64,000 bases of DNA from Octopus bimaculoides (lineage: Eukaryota): contig NC_068982.1 of NCBI RefSeq assembly GCF_001194135.2, forward strand, positions 51,332,305 through 51,396,304, given 5' to 3'. Below, piece by piece: positions 12,441 to 25,898 of this stretch (position 1 is its first letter; every line of letters starts with the position of its first letter). A model generated the notes under the pieces. That model saw nothing but the letters and a program-made list of their open reading frames with translations. It searched no databases and was not told the DNA's origin. A program made the position numbers and the translations under genes.

Positions 12441-15400
12441 TATTTTTATATTAATGTGAAATATCTGTAATTTTTGTGGGCCCAGAAGAAACTTCTAAGT
12501 AAATGTAAATAGTCACTTGACTGGCTCTAGTCTGTTAGATTTTTTTTTTCACTTTGTTAATTCCACTATCTTGATTTCATGATAAGCTGTCTTTGACTTT
12601 ATAATTCTTAACATTTTAATCTTTGGGAGCTCAAAACAACTGGAAGAACCTATGTGTGTTCTGCTAAGCTTCATTATTCAAATAACACAGTACAGTCTTT
12701 CCTGAAGATCTACAACATACTTCAAACATATTTTGAACATTTAGGTTGAGAAGCCTATATCCAAAACATAAGGTCCTGATAGAATCTCTGCCTGGGACAG
12801 AAGTACTTCCTTTTCACTTTCAAGTTCACAAACATCATGTTAAGTTAATCATTTTTGTAATCCAGGAAGTAACCACAATAAGAATGGTACTGTGTCTGAA
12901 ACAATTTTAAATTGAATTCCTTGGGCACATGCTGTATTTAAAAAACTATAAAAGAGTCTTCTGTTGAGACAGGATCTTGATGCTATGCAAAGAAGTTATT
13001 CTGGTGTGATGTCTGGATGATTTATTGAATAGGCATATGAAGGTTGGAATGTTTTTATTGACCATGTTAGGAATAATGAAATTCTTGAACTGATGCATTA
13101 CATCACCAGCTGCAATGGATTGGCCTATCTAAATATTGCATCATTAACAGCCAAAGATGTTTATGTATAGGGAATTGGAAGAGTGAACTCATCCAGCAGG
13201 AGTGATACAAAGAACAAATTAAATGAATGCTCAAAAACTTTAATATTGATGTTTTGTTGCAGATTGTTGATGCATTGGATCATCTAGTTTGGCAGAAAAA
13301 ATGACATATTAGACATGAATTCTTAGAAAGTAACTGGAAAGAAGCAGCTGACTGAATATGGGAGTTGACAGGAAGAGATAAACAGAAAATAAAGAACCTT
13401 CGACCCAGCTGTGCTTCAATTCCCATATCCTTATTAGTGTTCTTTGAGGCCAAAAATGAGTTTAGATGGTTATCCCAGAACCTATAGATAAATCAATGGA
13501 ATGAGTCTCTTGACACCTAGAGAAGCCAATGATGATGATGATGATGATGTACAATACTCATGTTGCATTCTATTCACATTCTTTCCCTGATAACACTAAA
13601 TAATAAATATTTTAAAACTGTCCATACATAATTGCTGAAACAATAATCTAAGAAATAGTTTGGATATAACATTGTTTTGTAATATTCATTTAAGGTGGCA
13701 AGTTGTTAGAATCATTAGCACATCAGATAAAACGTTAAGCAGTATTTGTTCTAGCTCTTTACATTCTGAGATCAAATCCTACTAAGGTCAACTTTGTCTT
13801 TCATCCTTTCAGGGTTATTAAAATAAGTACCAATCAAGTACTATGTCAATGTAATCAACTTATTTCCTCCCTGAAAAATCACTGGCTTAAAACACTGCAA
13901 TGAACTAGCATTCCACTCAGTGGGAATGTTGAGATTTTGGTCACTTGGATGCCATGGATACCTAGGGTTCAAGATAAAAAAAAAAAAAATGTTCATTTAA
14001 GTAAAACCAAACCAACAAGGGAAACTACATTGTTGCTTGTCTTGCTAGAAACAGTGACCAAATTCCCTTGAATCACACTCTACTGATTCAAAAAAGGACA
14101 CATTGGATAATGTTTTCCAAGATGAAATAAAAGGAAAGGTGTTCTCAGTTGCAATTCCTTTGATCTTGTTTGCTTTGGTTAAGCTTTGTATCACCACCTC
14201 ATGTCTCCTGTTGGCTCCAGATATTTTTTTGATAAATGGCAAACTGTAAGTAAATAGATAATATTGATAACTTATTTTTGTTAAAATTATTTTGAAAAAT
14301 ATTCAGGGAAAGGAATTTGCTATGCGATGTTATTTACATAAACTTTGTTGTTACTTCTATTTTCCAAATTAATTATATTCTTGTGTAACAGCTTCATTCA
14401 AATGTAAATCACACCACAGTCATGGATACAAAAAGAAAATAAAGAAAAAAGGGAGTTACAAGAGAATGGCATGGTCTTTTTCTTTTTATAAGAAATTTGT
14501 GAGGAATCTGAAGAACTTTTAATTAGAATTTTCAATTGATAAGACTTTTGTCATATGCTGAAGAAGAAACCACTACCACCACCACATCTGACTTCAATGT
14601 TGGTTTGGAGAAGATAGATTGTCATGGACTAAGTTCTTACTTATAGTTATTATCCTAGACAGGCTGGGAGAACATGTCTCACTCATATATTCAATTTTTG
14701 GCATGGTTTCTATGGCTGGATTCCCTTCCAAGTGATAACCATAATTCAGATTGTACAGGGTGCATTTTGTCATGTTGACATGAGAGCCGTTGCTGTATTC
14801 TCAGAAAGACTAAAGAGGCACCCTATTCCATGTTGTTTCTGTTCATTTGCCAGCCATTTTACAGAGTGTACTGGGTGCACTTTAGCATGGCACCAGTACT
14901 AGAGAGGTTGTCATGCTCTCAGCAAGACTAAAGAGTGAAAGGAGAGATTATGAGTGTGATGGGGAAAAACAGAGAGAGGGGTTAAAAGATGGCAGAGGAA
15001 GGAGAAATAAAAGAGTGACAGTTACAAGCTGGCTGTCAATAAGAATGAATGAATGAATGGATAGACAAGATAACAAATGGAGGATAATTTTAAGAAATAA
15101 TTTTGAGTTTTAATTCTAAAGGGAAATTATTGACTAGCTGAGGTAGTCAATAACTCTTTCTCTTTACATTTTAACATTGGTTTCAAATTTTGGCACAAGT
15201 TCAACAATTTCAGGGTAGGAAACACATTGATTACCTTCACCCCAGTGTTCTACTGGTACTTATTTTATTGCCCCCCCCCCCCCGGATGAAAGTCAACCTC
15301 GGTGAAATTCGAACTCAAAACATAAAAATAGATGAAATGCCACCAAGCAGTCTGCCCAGTGTGTCAATGCTTCTGCCAGCTCACTGCCTTATCTAAAAAG

Positions 15401-15794
15401 CAAGCCTCTACAAAGAAGTGAACCGGCACCATTAAACTAAGAGAGCCCTGACTCTTTATGTCCTTATTTTAAATAACTTCTTACACAAATCAGTTTACTA
15501 ATTGTTATTGTCTGGAATGTGCTACAGATAAAATCAAAGGCTCAGTCTTCAATGATGTAACAATGTTAATCATTTTTAACATAAGTACAAGGCCATAAAT
15601 TTGGTGGGACATACATAGTTGATTAAACAGACTTTAGTACTTGACTGGTACTTTATTTTAACCACTCAGAAAAAATGAAAATCAAAGTTAATCTCAGCAA
15701 GATTTGAAATCAGAATGTAAAATAAGAGACCATTGATCACACCCTTTCCGTATCTTCAGTAATCTCTCTTTTCCCTCTGAGCTACACCTTAGCC

Positions 15795-16941
15795 CAGTGG
15801 TTCTCAACCAGGGTCCATATAAGATTTTTGAGGGTCCACACGACAAAATAGTAAACTGGGGATCCACAATAGTATTATAAAGGCATGTGAAAGCATTTTG
15901 CTTTAGCTGTATGTATTGCAAAAAAACAGCTAGGTTTTTTTTCTTTAACATTTTATATGGTTCAACCTACACAAGTTAATGTGTGAAAAACAAAATAGGA
16001 ATTTTGAAAGTAGTTTCTAAAAAACTAGTTTTTAAAATCGGATGGCTATTGGGGTGGGAGTTCCACCAGAATAAAATGGTAATCAAAGGGAATCCAATGG
16101 TAAATGAAAAAGAAGAGGCATCAGAGAGATGATACATACCTTGCGCAGATAAATTTTTTCACAAATTATAGTATGGCTTACAATGTATTGCTTACCCATG
16201 CTTTTTAATTGAACTGAATTAATTCAAAAAAATTTTCTTTCAAGTATCACTATTATAGGAATTTATACTCAAGTGAAATTAAGAAATCAACTAGTAAAAT
16301 AAATGAAACCCTTGAATCCATCAGTGTACACACACACACACAGTTGCATATCTATGTATGTACCCATGTATCTATGCGCATAGGTACACCATGATCTATA
16401 CTCTTGCAGACAAGGGTCACTTCATATGAAAAAGAAAGAGAACAAAATAATATGACCACTTGCTTATCGGAAAATTTGGAAGTTCAATAAAAAATTTTTT
16501 TTTTTTTTTTTTAAAGTATCACCATTATAGGTATTTATACTCCAGTGAAATTAAGAAATCAAGTCGTAAATGAACAAAATCCTTGAATCCATCACTGTAC
16601 ACACACACACAGTTGCATATCTATATATGTATGAATGCATACGTGTCTACGTGCATAGGTACACCATGATCTATAAACACACAGACAAGGGTCGATTCAT
16701 ATGAAAAAGAAAATAAACAAAATAATATGACCACTTGCTTATTGGGAAACTTGTAAGTTCAATTAGACTTTTTTTTTTTAAAGATAATCAAACCAAATGT
16801 TCATCATTTCGAGCCATTCACTCAATGAGTATTTCTGCCAAATGTGAAAATCCGTTCAGCTGTTTTCCAGTAATTTGCACAGACGATTACTATACCCTGC
16901 TTTTGCTTACCCACACAGGGTAAAAATGGTTGAGAGCCCGT
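15795..16941. mobile_element. hAT/Charlie-type MITE interrupted by a roughly 0.8-kb insertion
   Basis: Left TIR CAGTGGTTCTCAACC at 15795. The body stops near 16105, and a decayed right TIR GGTTGAGAGCCCG lies at 16928-16941. Confidence 0.55.
16242..16765. repeat. Direct tandem duplication of an approximately 250-270-bp unit (16242-16490 and 16515-16765)
   Basis: aagtatcac(t/c)attatagg...cttgaatccatca...ggtacaccatgatctat...aatatgaccacttgcttat...aagttcaat occurs twice with moderate divergence. Confidence 0.95.
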
Positions 16942-17044
16942 CTTACTCTGTCATACTTCGTGTTTAATACCCTTCCTAACTGCTATCATCCTCAACTTCT
17001 CATATCCACTTTCACATATACATATATCTATAGCCCTACCCCCT

Positions 17045-17408
17045 GGAGGCACAATGGCACAGTGGTTAGGGCAGCGGACTCGCGGTTTCGATTCTCAGAC
17101 CGGGCGTTGTGAGTGTTTATTGAGCGAAAACACCTAAAGCTCCATGAGGCTCCGGCAGGGGATGGTGGCGAACCCTGCTGTACTCTTTCACCACAACTTT
17201 CTCTCACTCTTCCTGTTTCTGTTGTGCCTGTAATTCAAAGGGTCAGCCTTGTCACGCTGTGTCACGCTGAATATCCCCGAGGACTACGTTAAGGGTACAT
17301 GTGTCTGTGGAGTGCTCAGCCACTTGCACGTTAATTTCACAAGCAGGTTGTTCCGTTGATCGGATCAACTGGAACCCTCGACATCGTAAGCGACAGAGTG
17401 CCAACAAT
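17045..17408 (+). mobile_element. Second copy of the tRNA(Arg)-derived SINE (deletion in the anticodon arm)
   Basis: Near-identical to 30355-30744 along its length. Confidence 0.9.
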
Positions 17409-20400
17409 ACACACCCCTATCTAATCCTTACAGATGTTGCCTACTTCCCTCTCCGCATACTCTTGTCACTCACTCACACTTCCTCTATCCCCATTCACTT
17501 CTCGTCTTGTACTGTGAGGTACAGCCTCAGCACCTCATCACCATTAATCTCTTTACAGCTGCAACTGATTCATTCTCACTTTCTCCTCTGAATATGAACA
17601 GCTGTGTAGCCTCTCTGCAATTAAGAACCTGCTCTCCTTTGAGTTTTGTAGTCTTGTGACCTGTATGATGACATTACTAGTGCTGGTGGCATGAAGAATG
17701 CATCCAGTGCATATTGTAAAGTGGTTGGCATTAAGAAGGGCATCTAGCTGCAGAAACCATACCAGACACAAGAGCACAATGGATCTTGTCAAACTGTCCA
17801 ACCCATGCCAGTATCGAACATGGACATTAAATGATTTTTGTCCTATGTTCTATTGATTCAGCCATGCCATCACCTTAGTAACATTAATAATGATAAGGCA
17901 GCAAGCTGGCAGAATCATTTGCACACTGGGCAAAATACTTAGTGGCATTTTGTCCATCTTTATGTTCTGAGTTCAAGTTCTACCGGGGTCAACTTTACCT
18001 TTCATCCTTTTGGGGTTAATAAAAGAAGTACTAGTTGAGCACTGATGTCAATGTAATCGACTTATCCTCTTCCCTGAAATTGCTGGCCTTGTATCAAAAT
18101 TTGAAACCAGTGTTATTTATAATGACTTCTAACATAGATATAAGGCCAGTGCTGTCTAAAGGCATTGACACATTGGGCAGTTGTCTGATGTCCCTTGCTA
18201 ATCTATCCATGCTGTGGTTTGTTGTCAATAAATATGGGTGGCTTTGCTTATGGGCCTATAATGCTGTTAAGACACCTTTGTGTGAAGCGACACATTTTGG
18301 TGGAGGCTATCATCACTGATTTTAACTCCCTTCATTATCATATTTCTATGGAAGTACGCAGCAGCTGTTTCAATTAATTTTGAAAATAAAGAATTTAGTA
18401 AGGTAATTTTGCCATTAAGCTGGTGCACAATTTAAAAAAAAAAAATGCAGCTGTATTCCGAAAATTTATCAATTTTAAACAGATATTGATCACCAAACTA
18501 TCTCTATCTTTTTTTTTTTCTTGTTTCAGTCATTCAACCATAGCCATGATTGGGTAAGACAAATTTTCATTAAAATCCGCACAGCTATATTTTATTTTTT
18601 GTCAATATCATACCTTATTTTAACATTAATATTCTGAGCCTGATATGTTGGCTTGTCATTTTTGCGCAAGAGAAATATAAATTTTCTATGTATATTCAAT
18701 TTTTTTTTAGTTTTAAATAGTAACAGTTTCATTCCTTTTGTATCTTGTAAAATTGAATTCATCTTCTTCAGTATAGAAGTATCAATAAAATTTGCCTCCA
18801 AAGGGTTTAAGACAATAAATATCAAGCAAATGAAGGAACCTCCATGCAGTTGCTTGGCCTGCTAAGAACATTAGCCAAATCTCCCTCAAATAGCATCCTA
18901 CTGTCTTAATAATTATGGTTTCAAATTTGGCACAAAGCAAGCAGTTTTTGGGGGGAAGGGGAAGTCAATTACATTAACCCCAGCACTTGATTAGTACTTA
19001 TTTTACTGACCACTCCCACCGCACAGGATGAAAAGCAATCTTAACCTGGGCGGAATTTGAATTCAGAAGATAAAAGCAGATGAAATAAAAAGGTACACTG
19101 CATGATGTCATCTTAAATATATAAAAGACAAAATGGTTACAGCTGGAATATTTCTGATCAGAGTTTAATGACGGTAGGAGAACAATAACAATAAACATGG
19201 TCGGTGTTTCTTGACATGCCTGAGACATTTGTCTTTAATATTAAAGCAAGAAAATGTTTGCCTACTTTGTCAGACATTATTGGAAACCTGAGAGAAAATG
19301 TTATAGACTGATTTGGTTTTTTAGGAAATCTTTTGGATAACCTTTTAGGTTTTGGCAACAAAACGGAACTGTGTATTGTAAAAATAAACTTTATTTCTTA
19401 ACAACACAACAAATACTCTAATTTAAAAGAATATTTCAAATATAATATCTAATGATGACGATGATAATGTGTTTCTTCCACCAACGAAATAACCATTACT
19501 TTAGTTCTGATTTATAACAAAACAATTTCATAAATAAGTAAAAGTAAACCATGGAGGTATTCAGATGCAAAATGGAAAACAAAAAGATGAAAAAATTTTA
19601 TTGAGTCTTTGAGTAATTCTCTTCATTTTAATATCTGATTTCAGTTCTCTAACATGGAATGTGCAAAGCATACAGTTTCCACTTTCTATATGTGTGTCTG
19701 CTGTATCCATCCATTTAACATGCCATACCTGGCCCAGATATTCTACTTTGTTTTATGTTCAAACAAGCCAGATATGCCTCTCACACCTATCCTACAATGT
19801 CTTTCTAAAAATAAACAATCAGCTCATCAAAATCCTGAAGCTACAAGATAATATATGATTAATTCAAAACAAAAATGTGAATAAATAAGCATTACATTTG
19901 AATGAATAATCTGAATGATGGAGGGTTAAGGGGAGGAGAGGACAGCCGATTTGGTAAATGCAGAGAATGGTTAAAACTCATGATACACCATTGTTACATT
20001 TTAAAAGCAACAAGTTTTGATTTAATCTCAAAGGATTTGAAAAATTCAGTTATTTCAGCATTATTATTTAAGCTGTTGCTTAACTTTAATGAAGTAGACC
20101 TATGATCAAAAGGTATTCAAGCAGTGATCATCCTTTCCACCCCACCAGTTTTTTTATTTTTTTTATCAGGCATAATGTATCTGGAACTACATTATCCAAT
20201 ATTCTCTCTTTACCACAGTAGTGTATGATTTGATGGAAATTTGGCTGTTGTTTTTAGCAGGATCATATAAAAACTTTTGTTGGCTTGTATTTCACATTTT
20301 ATTTATCTATTCATACATATCTAATCCACCTAAAGAAGATTAGTAGTATGTCTTCTAGTCAATCCAAGTTCTGCAAATACTGAGATTATAAGTTGGTTTC

Positions 20401-22333
20401 TTAAATTTCTTTTGACGAACAGCAGTGTCAAAGACATACAGAATACACCTCATTCAAGAATATGAGTGATTCTATTCAAATACACTAACAATAAAATAAA
20501 TCTAATTTACATTTGCTACTTGATAGGAATTAAGAGCAAAATTATAACTTGAATCCTTTCAAAAGTGTTCATATAAATGGAGAATTTTCTCTAGAAGTTG
20601 TACACATTCTAAAGATGGCAATAAAACTTTTGCATATTTTCCCTGCCCACAATATCAATATTTGAATATTTCCTACGATCTACAGCCCTGGAAAGCTTTA
20701 TATAAAAAGTAGCAGTCTCTGAGCAAAATATCCAGAGCTATTTTCTTAAATTGATGTAGACACACATGTTTGCTTCTTCAATTATTTCTTTTTTGTTTTG
20801 TGTATTTTTTATTGAAAATTAAACAAGTAACAGTATGGTCCACTACATTAACAAAATGTCTAGAAGAGAAAACAAAACAAAACAAAAAAAAACCTAATAA
20901 AACTGCTTCTTCACTGGAATATCAAATTATATGCATGAAAAAAAAGAAGTTGTAATGAAACTTTTGACATATCTTAAGCAAATGAACATTTATGCCTAAT
21001 CTAGTGTGTATCTAATGTTTAGTTTCAAACTGTGAAACTAATGTTTATTTGACAATTCAAGAGAATTATATTAAAGAAATAGCATCAGAATAGTAGTTAA
21101 GCTTAGGTATGTCTTTTCTGGAAAAATAATCAACCTGTAATTAAAATCTACAAGTTTGGTTATACAAATTAAATAAACAAAACATAATTAAGATTAAATA
21201 TTTAAAATAACAAATGGCTAATGAAAATAAATTGTGACATTGAAAAGTATAATGCAGCAGCACATTGTAAAATATATCAATGTAACAGACTAAAACATTA
21301 TAATACCAAACTAACTTTAAAGAAACCTTCACCAGCATATATCATTTGATAATTACCTTTGTAATTGCAAACTATACCAAAATTCTTAATGTAATTTTGC
21401 TAATGAACTGAAGTATAAATTGCTTTGGAACAAAGAAAAGAAAGTGTGTTTGTGGAGGTGTTTATAAGATGTGCAGCTTGAGAGTAAAGAGAATACAACA
21501 ATCTGAGTATTCTAATTAGTTAAACCCAATCACATAGGTGGCAAGCAGCTTTAGTTGAATTTTATCAAATACATTTAATATATGCAAACTTAGTTTTATT
21601 ATAATTTCAATAGTTAAGAGGAAAGAGAAAATGATATTATGTGAAATATTTTGAGATTAATTTTATTACACATGATAAACCTTTTATTTCACATGATAAA
21701 CCTTTGTTAAAAAAAAAGTTTTAAAAAAATTATCAAACTGGAGTGTGTGTGTGTGTGTGTGCACAATCATTGTCATCATTTAATGTCCATTTTTCATGTT
21801 GGCAGGAATTGGACAATTTAACAGGACCTTGCAAGCAGCAGGGCAGCATCAAATGTCAGCTTTGGTGTGGTTTCTACAACTGAATTCATTTTCTAATGCC
21901 AACCTCTTTACAGTATGTACTGGATGGTTTTTTTTTTGTGCCACTAGCCAGCAATAGTGAGGTCATCAAGTAACTTGTTGCAAGACAGAAATATGTGTGT
22001 GTATGCATGTGTCTCTTCATATATTCCAGCATAACCTATCAAACTGGACTGCATATATATATATTTAAAATGAATATTAGCAAGATAATTAGTTCTGTAT
22101 AATGAACAGTATACTTTAGTTTGAAACAACTGAAGCTCCATTAAAAATGATTTTAAAAGATTTTGCCACATGGATTTCTGATTGCTTCATTATTATTGTT
22201 AGGAAAATGCACATGGTGATATTATTAGGCAAAGAATTTGTCAAAATAAATTAGCTTTTATATTTAACTTGTAACCACTGCTTTAATGTGTTTTTTTTTA
22301 TATATTAACAGGAGACATATAAATATACATATA

Positions 22334-23599
22334 CTGGGTTATCCCATAAATAATGTGTTTTTTTTTTAATGCTTCTTTTATTTTTCAAAATTAAAATAAA
22401 GTTCCTTTTTTATTCTAAAATATTCTCTCCTTCATTTTCTACAATGCTCTTCCATCTATCTGGTAGACTTCTAAAGCTCCTCTTCCAAAATTCACTTGTC
22501 TGAGACAAAAAATACTCCTCCAGTACTGTTCTGACCTTGTCTATAGAATTCATATTTTTTCCATCCAAATGATTTTGAAGACTGTGGAATAAATGATAAT
22601 CAGATGGAGCAATGTCTGGTGAATATGGTGGGTGGGGCATTGTTTGATCCCATTCAAACTGCTCAAGCCTTTGGAATCTCATCCTTGCTGTGTGTGGCCA
22701 AGCATTACCTTGATGGAAGAACACCTTTTGTCTTGAAACCAAAGATGGTAATTTTTCTTCTAGTGCTGACTTAAGCCGCTCAAGATACTCGCAGTAGATC
22801 TCCTTTGTTATCATTTGGTTTGGGTTTAAAAGTTCAAAGTGGACTAAACCTTTCATAACCCACCAGATAACAATACCATACATGGGTGAAGACCTTTAGC
22901 CTGGGGTGCCAGTGTTTCTCCTTTCCTTACTCAGTCTTCAGTGCTTGACATTTTTATAGAGAACCCATTTCTTGTCACCAATCACTATTTGGACCGAAAT
23001 AGGTTCATTTGTGAGATGTGACAGCAAAGAAGAGCACACATTCACTCTCTGCGTGTGATTAGTCTTGGAAACTTTGTGAGGAACCCATTGACCCAATTTG
23101 CTGTCTTTTCCAATGGCACACAGGTGTCAATGAATAGTTGAATGACCAAATCCAAGCTTCTCAACAGTTACAATGGGATTTTGTTCCACCAGGGTTTGTG
23201 GGACATCCTTGTTGAGCTCTACAGATCTTCCAGGACAAGGCTTGTCTTCTAGGCTGTAGTTTCTGGCTTGGAATTTCTGGAGCCACTGTTGACACTGGCA
23301 CAGGCTTAATGTCCAATCCCCATATACTGCATTAATATTCCTTGCACTTTCCATTGCATTGTTGCCTTTACTGAAATCATAAAGCAAAATATGCTGAATA
23401 TGCTCCTTTGTCACTTCCATAATAGCTTTGAAAAAATAACTGTTAAAATCGAACTGCATTCTTCAAAACTTGCACTAAGAATAAGGACAAGGTAAAATTA
23501 CTACCTGCTTTTATAGCAAATTGATGCAGGTAGTTTATCCAGTCCTCCTTCAACTTTTAGTTCATGCAATTGAAAAAACTGCATTATTTATGGACCCAA
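22334..23599 (-). mobile_element. Full-length (about 1.27 kb) inactive mariner (Tc1/mariner, DD34D-type) transposon
   Basis: TA-flanked TIRs (ctgggttatcccataaataatgtgttttt / aaaaactgcattatttatggacccaa). Minus-strand translation gives an N-terminal HTH (MEVTKEHIQHILLY...SLEDKPCPGRS), WVPHKV, IVIGDKK and HPPYSPDIAPSDYHLF. Frameshifts and stops are present, and the second catalytic Asp reads as Gly (HQGNA). Confidence 0.95.
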
Positions 23600-25696
23600 T
23601 ACATATATATTTATATCACATGGATTCTCCTGTCATAGACAACAGATGACAGTTTCGCTATTTCTAGCTGAACAACCTGCACAGAAGATTCGTTTAGTGA
23701 GAAATGTTTGTACTCATTCCCTCCATCAAATTGACATTGCTTGTATGGGTGCACAGTGTCTCAGACGTCAATGTGATCACAGAGCAATGTGGGATGAAGT
23801 GTTCGGCTTAGGAACACAATGAGCCACTTGGTGATCATAAGTGTAACACTAATCACAAAACCATGCACCTTCGTCACACACACACACACATATAATATAT
23901 ATATATGTATGTATATATATGACTGAGACTTATCTTTACAAGAAATTCAGTTTTCCTCCCATTAAATATAAATAGCAGCAAAAGGTAAAATGGGTTTGAT
24001 TTTGTTTTGAAATCGTGACCAGCTGATTCATATGAAAATGAAAAGAAATGCTCAATATAATTCCAGAATTTATGATAGAGTCAAATTTTCCTAACTTGCA
24101 TAGATATATTTTATTTTAACAACACCACACGCAAACATTACCATCACCTACCTTCCTTTCTTTTTCGCTCCAAACATCCTCTCTGATATAATACACATAA
24201 AAATTTCCTCATGCCTTTTTCTTTTCTCTATGAACATTTTATTCCCAGTCATCCTCACACCACCTCCAAAGTCCTCCTTTCACCACACTAATATTGTTTA
24301 TATTTATATTACTCTGGCATATTTTGTCTACTGATATCACTGTTGTCATCAGCAATCTTCCTTAAAGTTACTACCACTAGCTTTTGCTAAATTGCCATGG
24401 TAATTTGAGTCAGCTCTATACTATATCTTCATATTCAGTCTTTCCTACATGACAATATTGTTGTCTTCAGTGTTCACTATATTATAACTGAATAATACCT
24501 TGCAACATTTCCAAAACTAAATTTGTCAATCACAAATGATAATGAATTTCCTCTTCCATCACTTAATTAATGCCTTATTAACATCACTGATAATTGTTTC
24601 ATTAATCCTGGAGAGATTAAAAGGTGAACTTGATGAGATTTAAATACCAGTATTCTATATATCTAGTATAGTATCCACTGTGTTTGAATTTTAAATATGG
24701 TTTCTCCACCCTCAAAAGACCATCTCTTGTTTAAACAGAGGAAAATCTATGTAATTAGTTTTTGTTTAAGAGAGTGAGAGGACACATAATCACAGATAAA
24801 ACATTTGATAATAATAATAATGATAATCCTTTCTACTATAGGCACAAGGCCTGAAATTTGGGGGGAGGGGGACAGTCAATCCCACTGATCCCAGTACCTG
24901 ACTGGCACTTAATTTAACCGCCCTGAAAAGTTAACTTTGGTGGAATTTGAACTTGGAATGTAAAACTAGACAAAATGCCAGGCATGTTAATGATTCTGCC
25001 AGCTCACCAAANNNNNNNNNNNNNNNNNNNNNNNNNNNNNNNNNNNNNNNNNNNNNNNNNNNNNNNNNNNNNNNNNNNNNNNNNNNNNNNNNNNNNNNNN
25101 NNNNNNNNNNNNNNNNNNNNNNNNNNNNNNNNNNNNNNNNNNNNNNNNNNNNNNNNNNNNNNNNNNNNNNNNNNNNNNNNNNNNNNNNNNNNNNNNNNNN
25201 NNNNNNNNNNNNNNNNNNNNNNNNNNNNNNNNNNNNNNNNNNNNNNNNNNNNNNNNNNNNNNNNNNNNNNNNNNNNNNNNNNNNNNNNNNNNNNNNNNNN
25301 NNNNNNNNNNNNNNNNNNNNNNNNNNNNNNNNNNNNNNNNNNNNNNNNNNNNNNNNNNNNNNNNNNNNNNNNNNNNNNNNNNNNNNNNNNNNNNNNNNNN
25401 NNNNNNNNNNNNNNNNNNNNNNNNNNNNNNNNNNNNNNNNNNNNNNNNNNNNNNNNNNNNNNNNNNNNNNNNNNNNNNNNNNNNNNNNNNNNNNNNNNNN
25501 NNNNNNNNNNNNNNNNNNNNNNNNNNNNNNNNNNNNNNNNNNNNNNNNNNNNNNNNNNNNNNNNNNNNNNNNNNNNNNNNNNNNNNNNNNNNNNNNNNNN
25601 NNNNNNNNNNNNNNNNNNNNNNNNNNNNNNNNNNNNNNNNNNNNNNNNNNNNNNNNNNNNNNNNNNNNNNNNNNNNNNNNNNNNNNNNNNNNNNNN

Positions 25697-25741
<45 letters not shown>

Positions 25742-25898
25742 ACAGGATGTTTACATTTTATGGAATATCCAACAGTTTAAATGAGAAATCTCAAGTCAAA
25801 ACCATTCAGTATATGCAGGAATATTACAGAGCTGTTAAAATCATCAATAAAATTGCCAAGACAGTATTTCTGCTTATAAAACCTCACAAAACAGTAGT

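Noticed and set aside
14045-14245. Minus-strand ORF behind an acceptor-like ttacttacag; also exon-like AG/GT boundaries on the plus strand
   Set aside because: No recognisable domain and no partner exons; all plus-strand frames contain stops.
19158-19361. ORF with SDKVGKHFLALILK, reminiscent of Penelope-like elements
   Set aside because: A single short motif with no flanking RT or GIY-YIG signatures.
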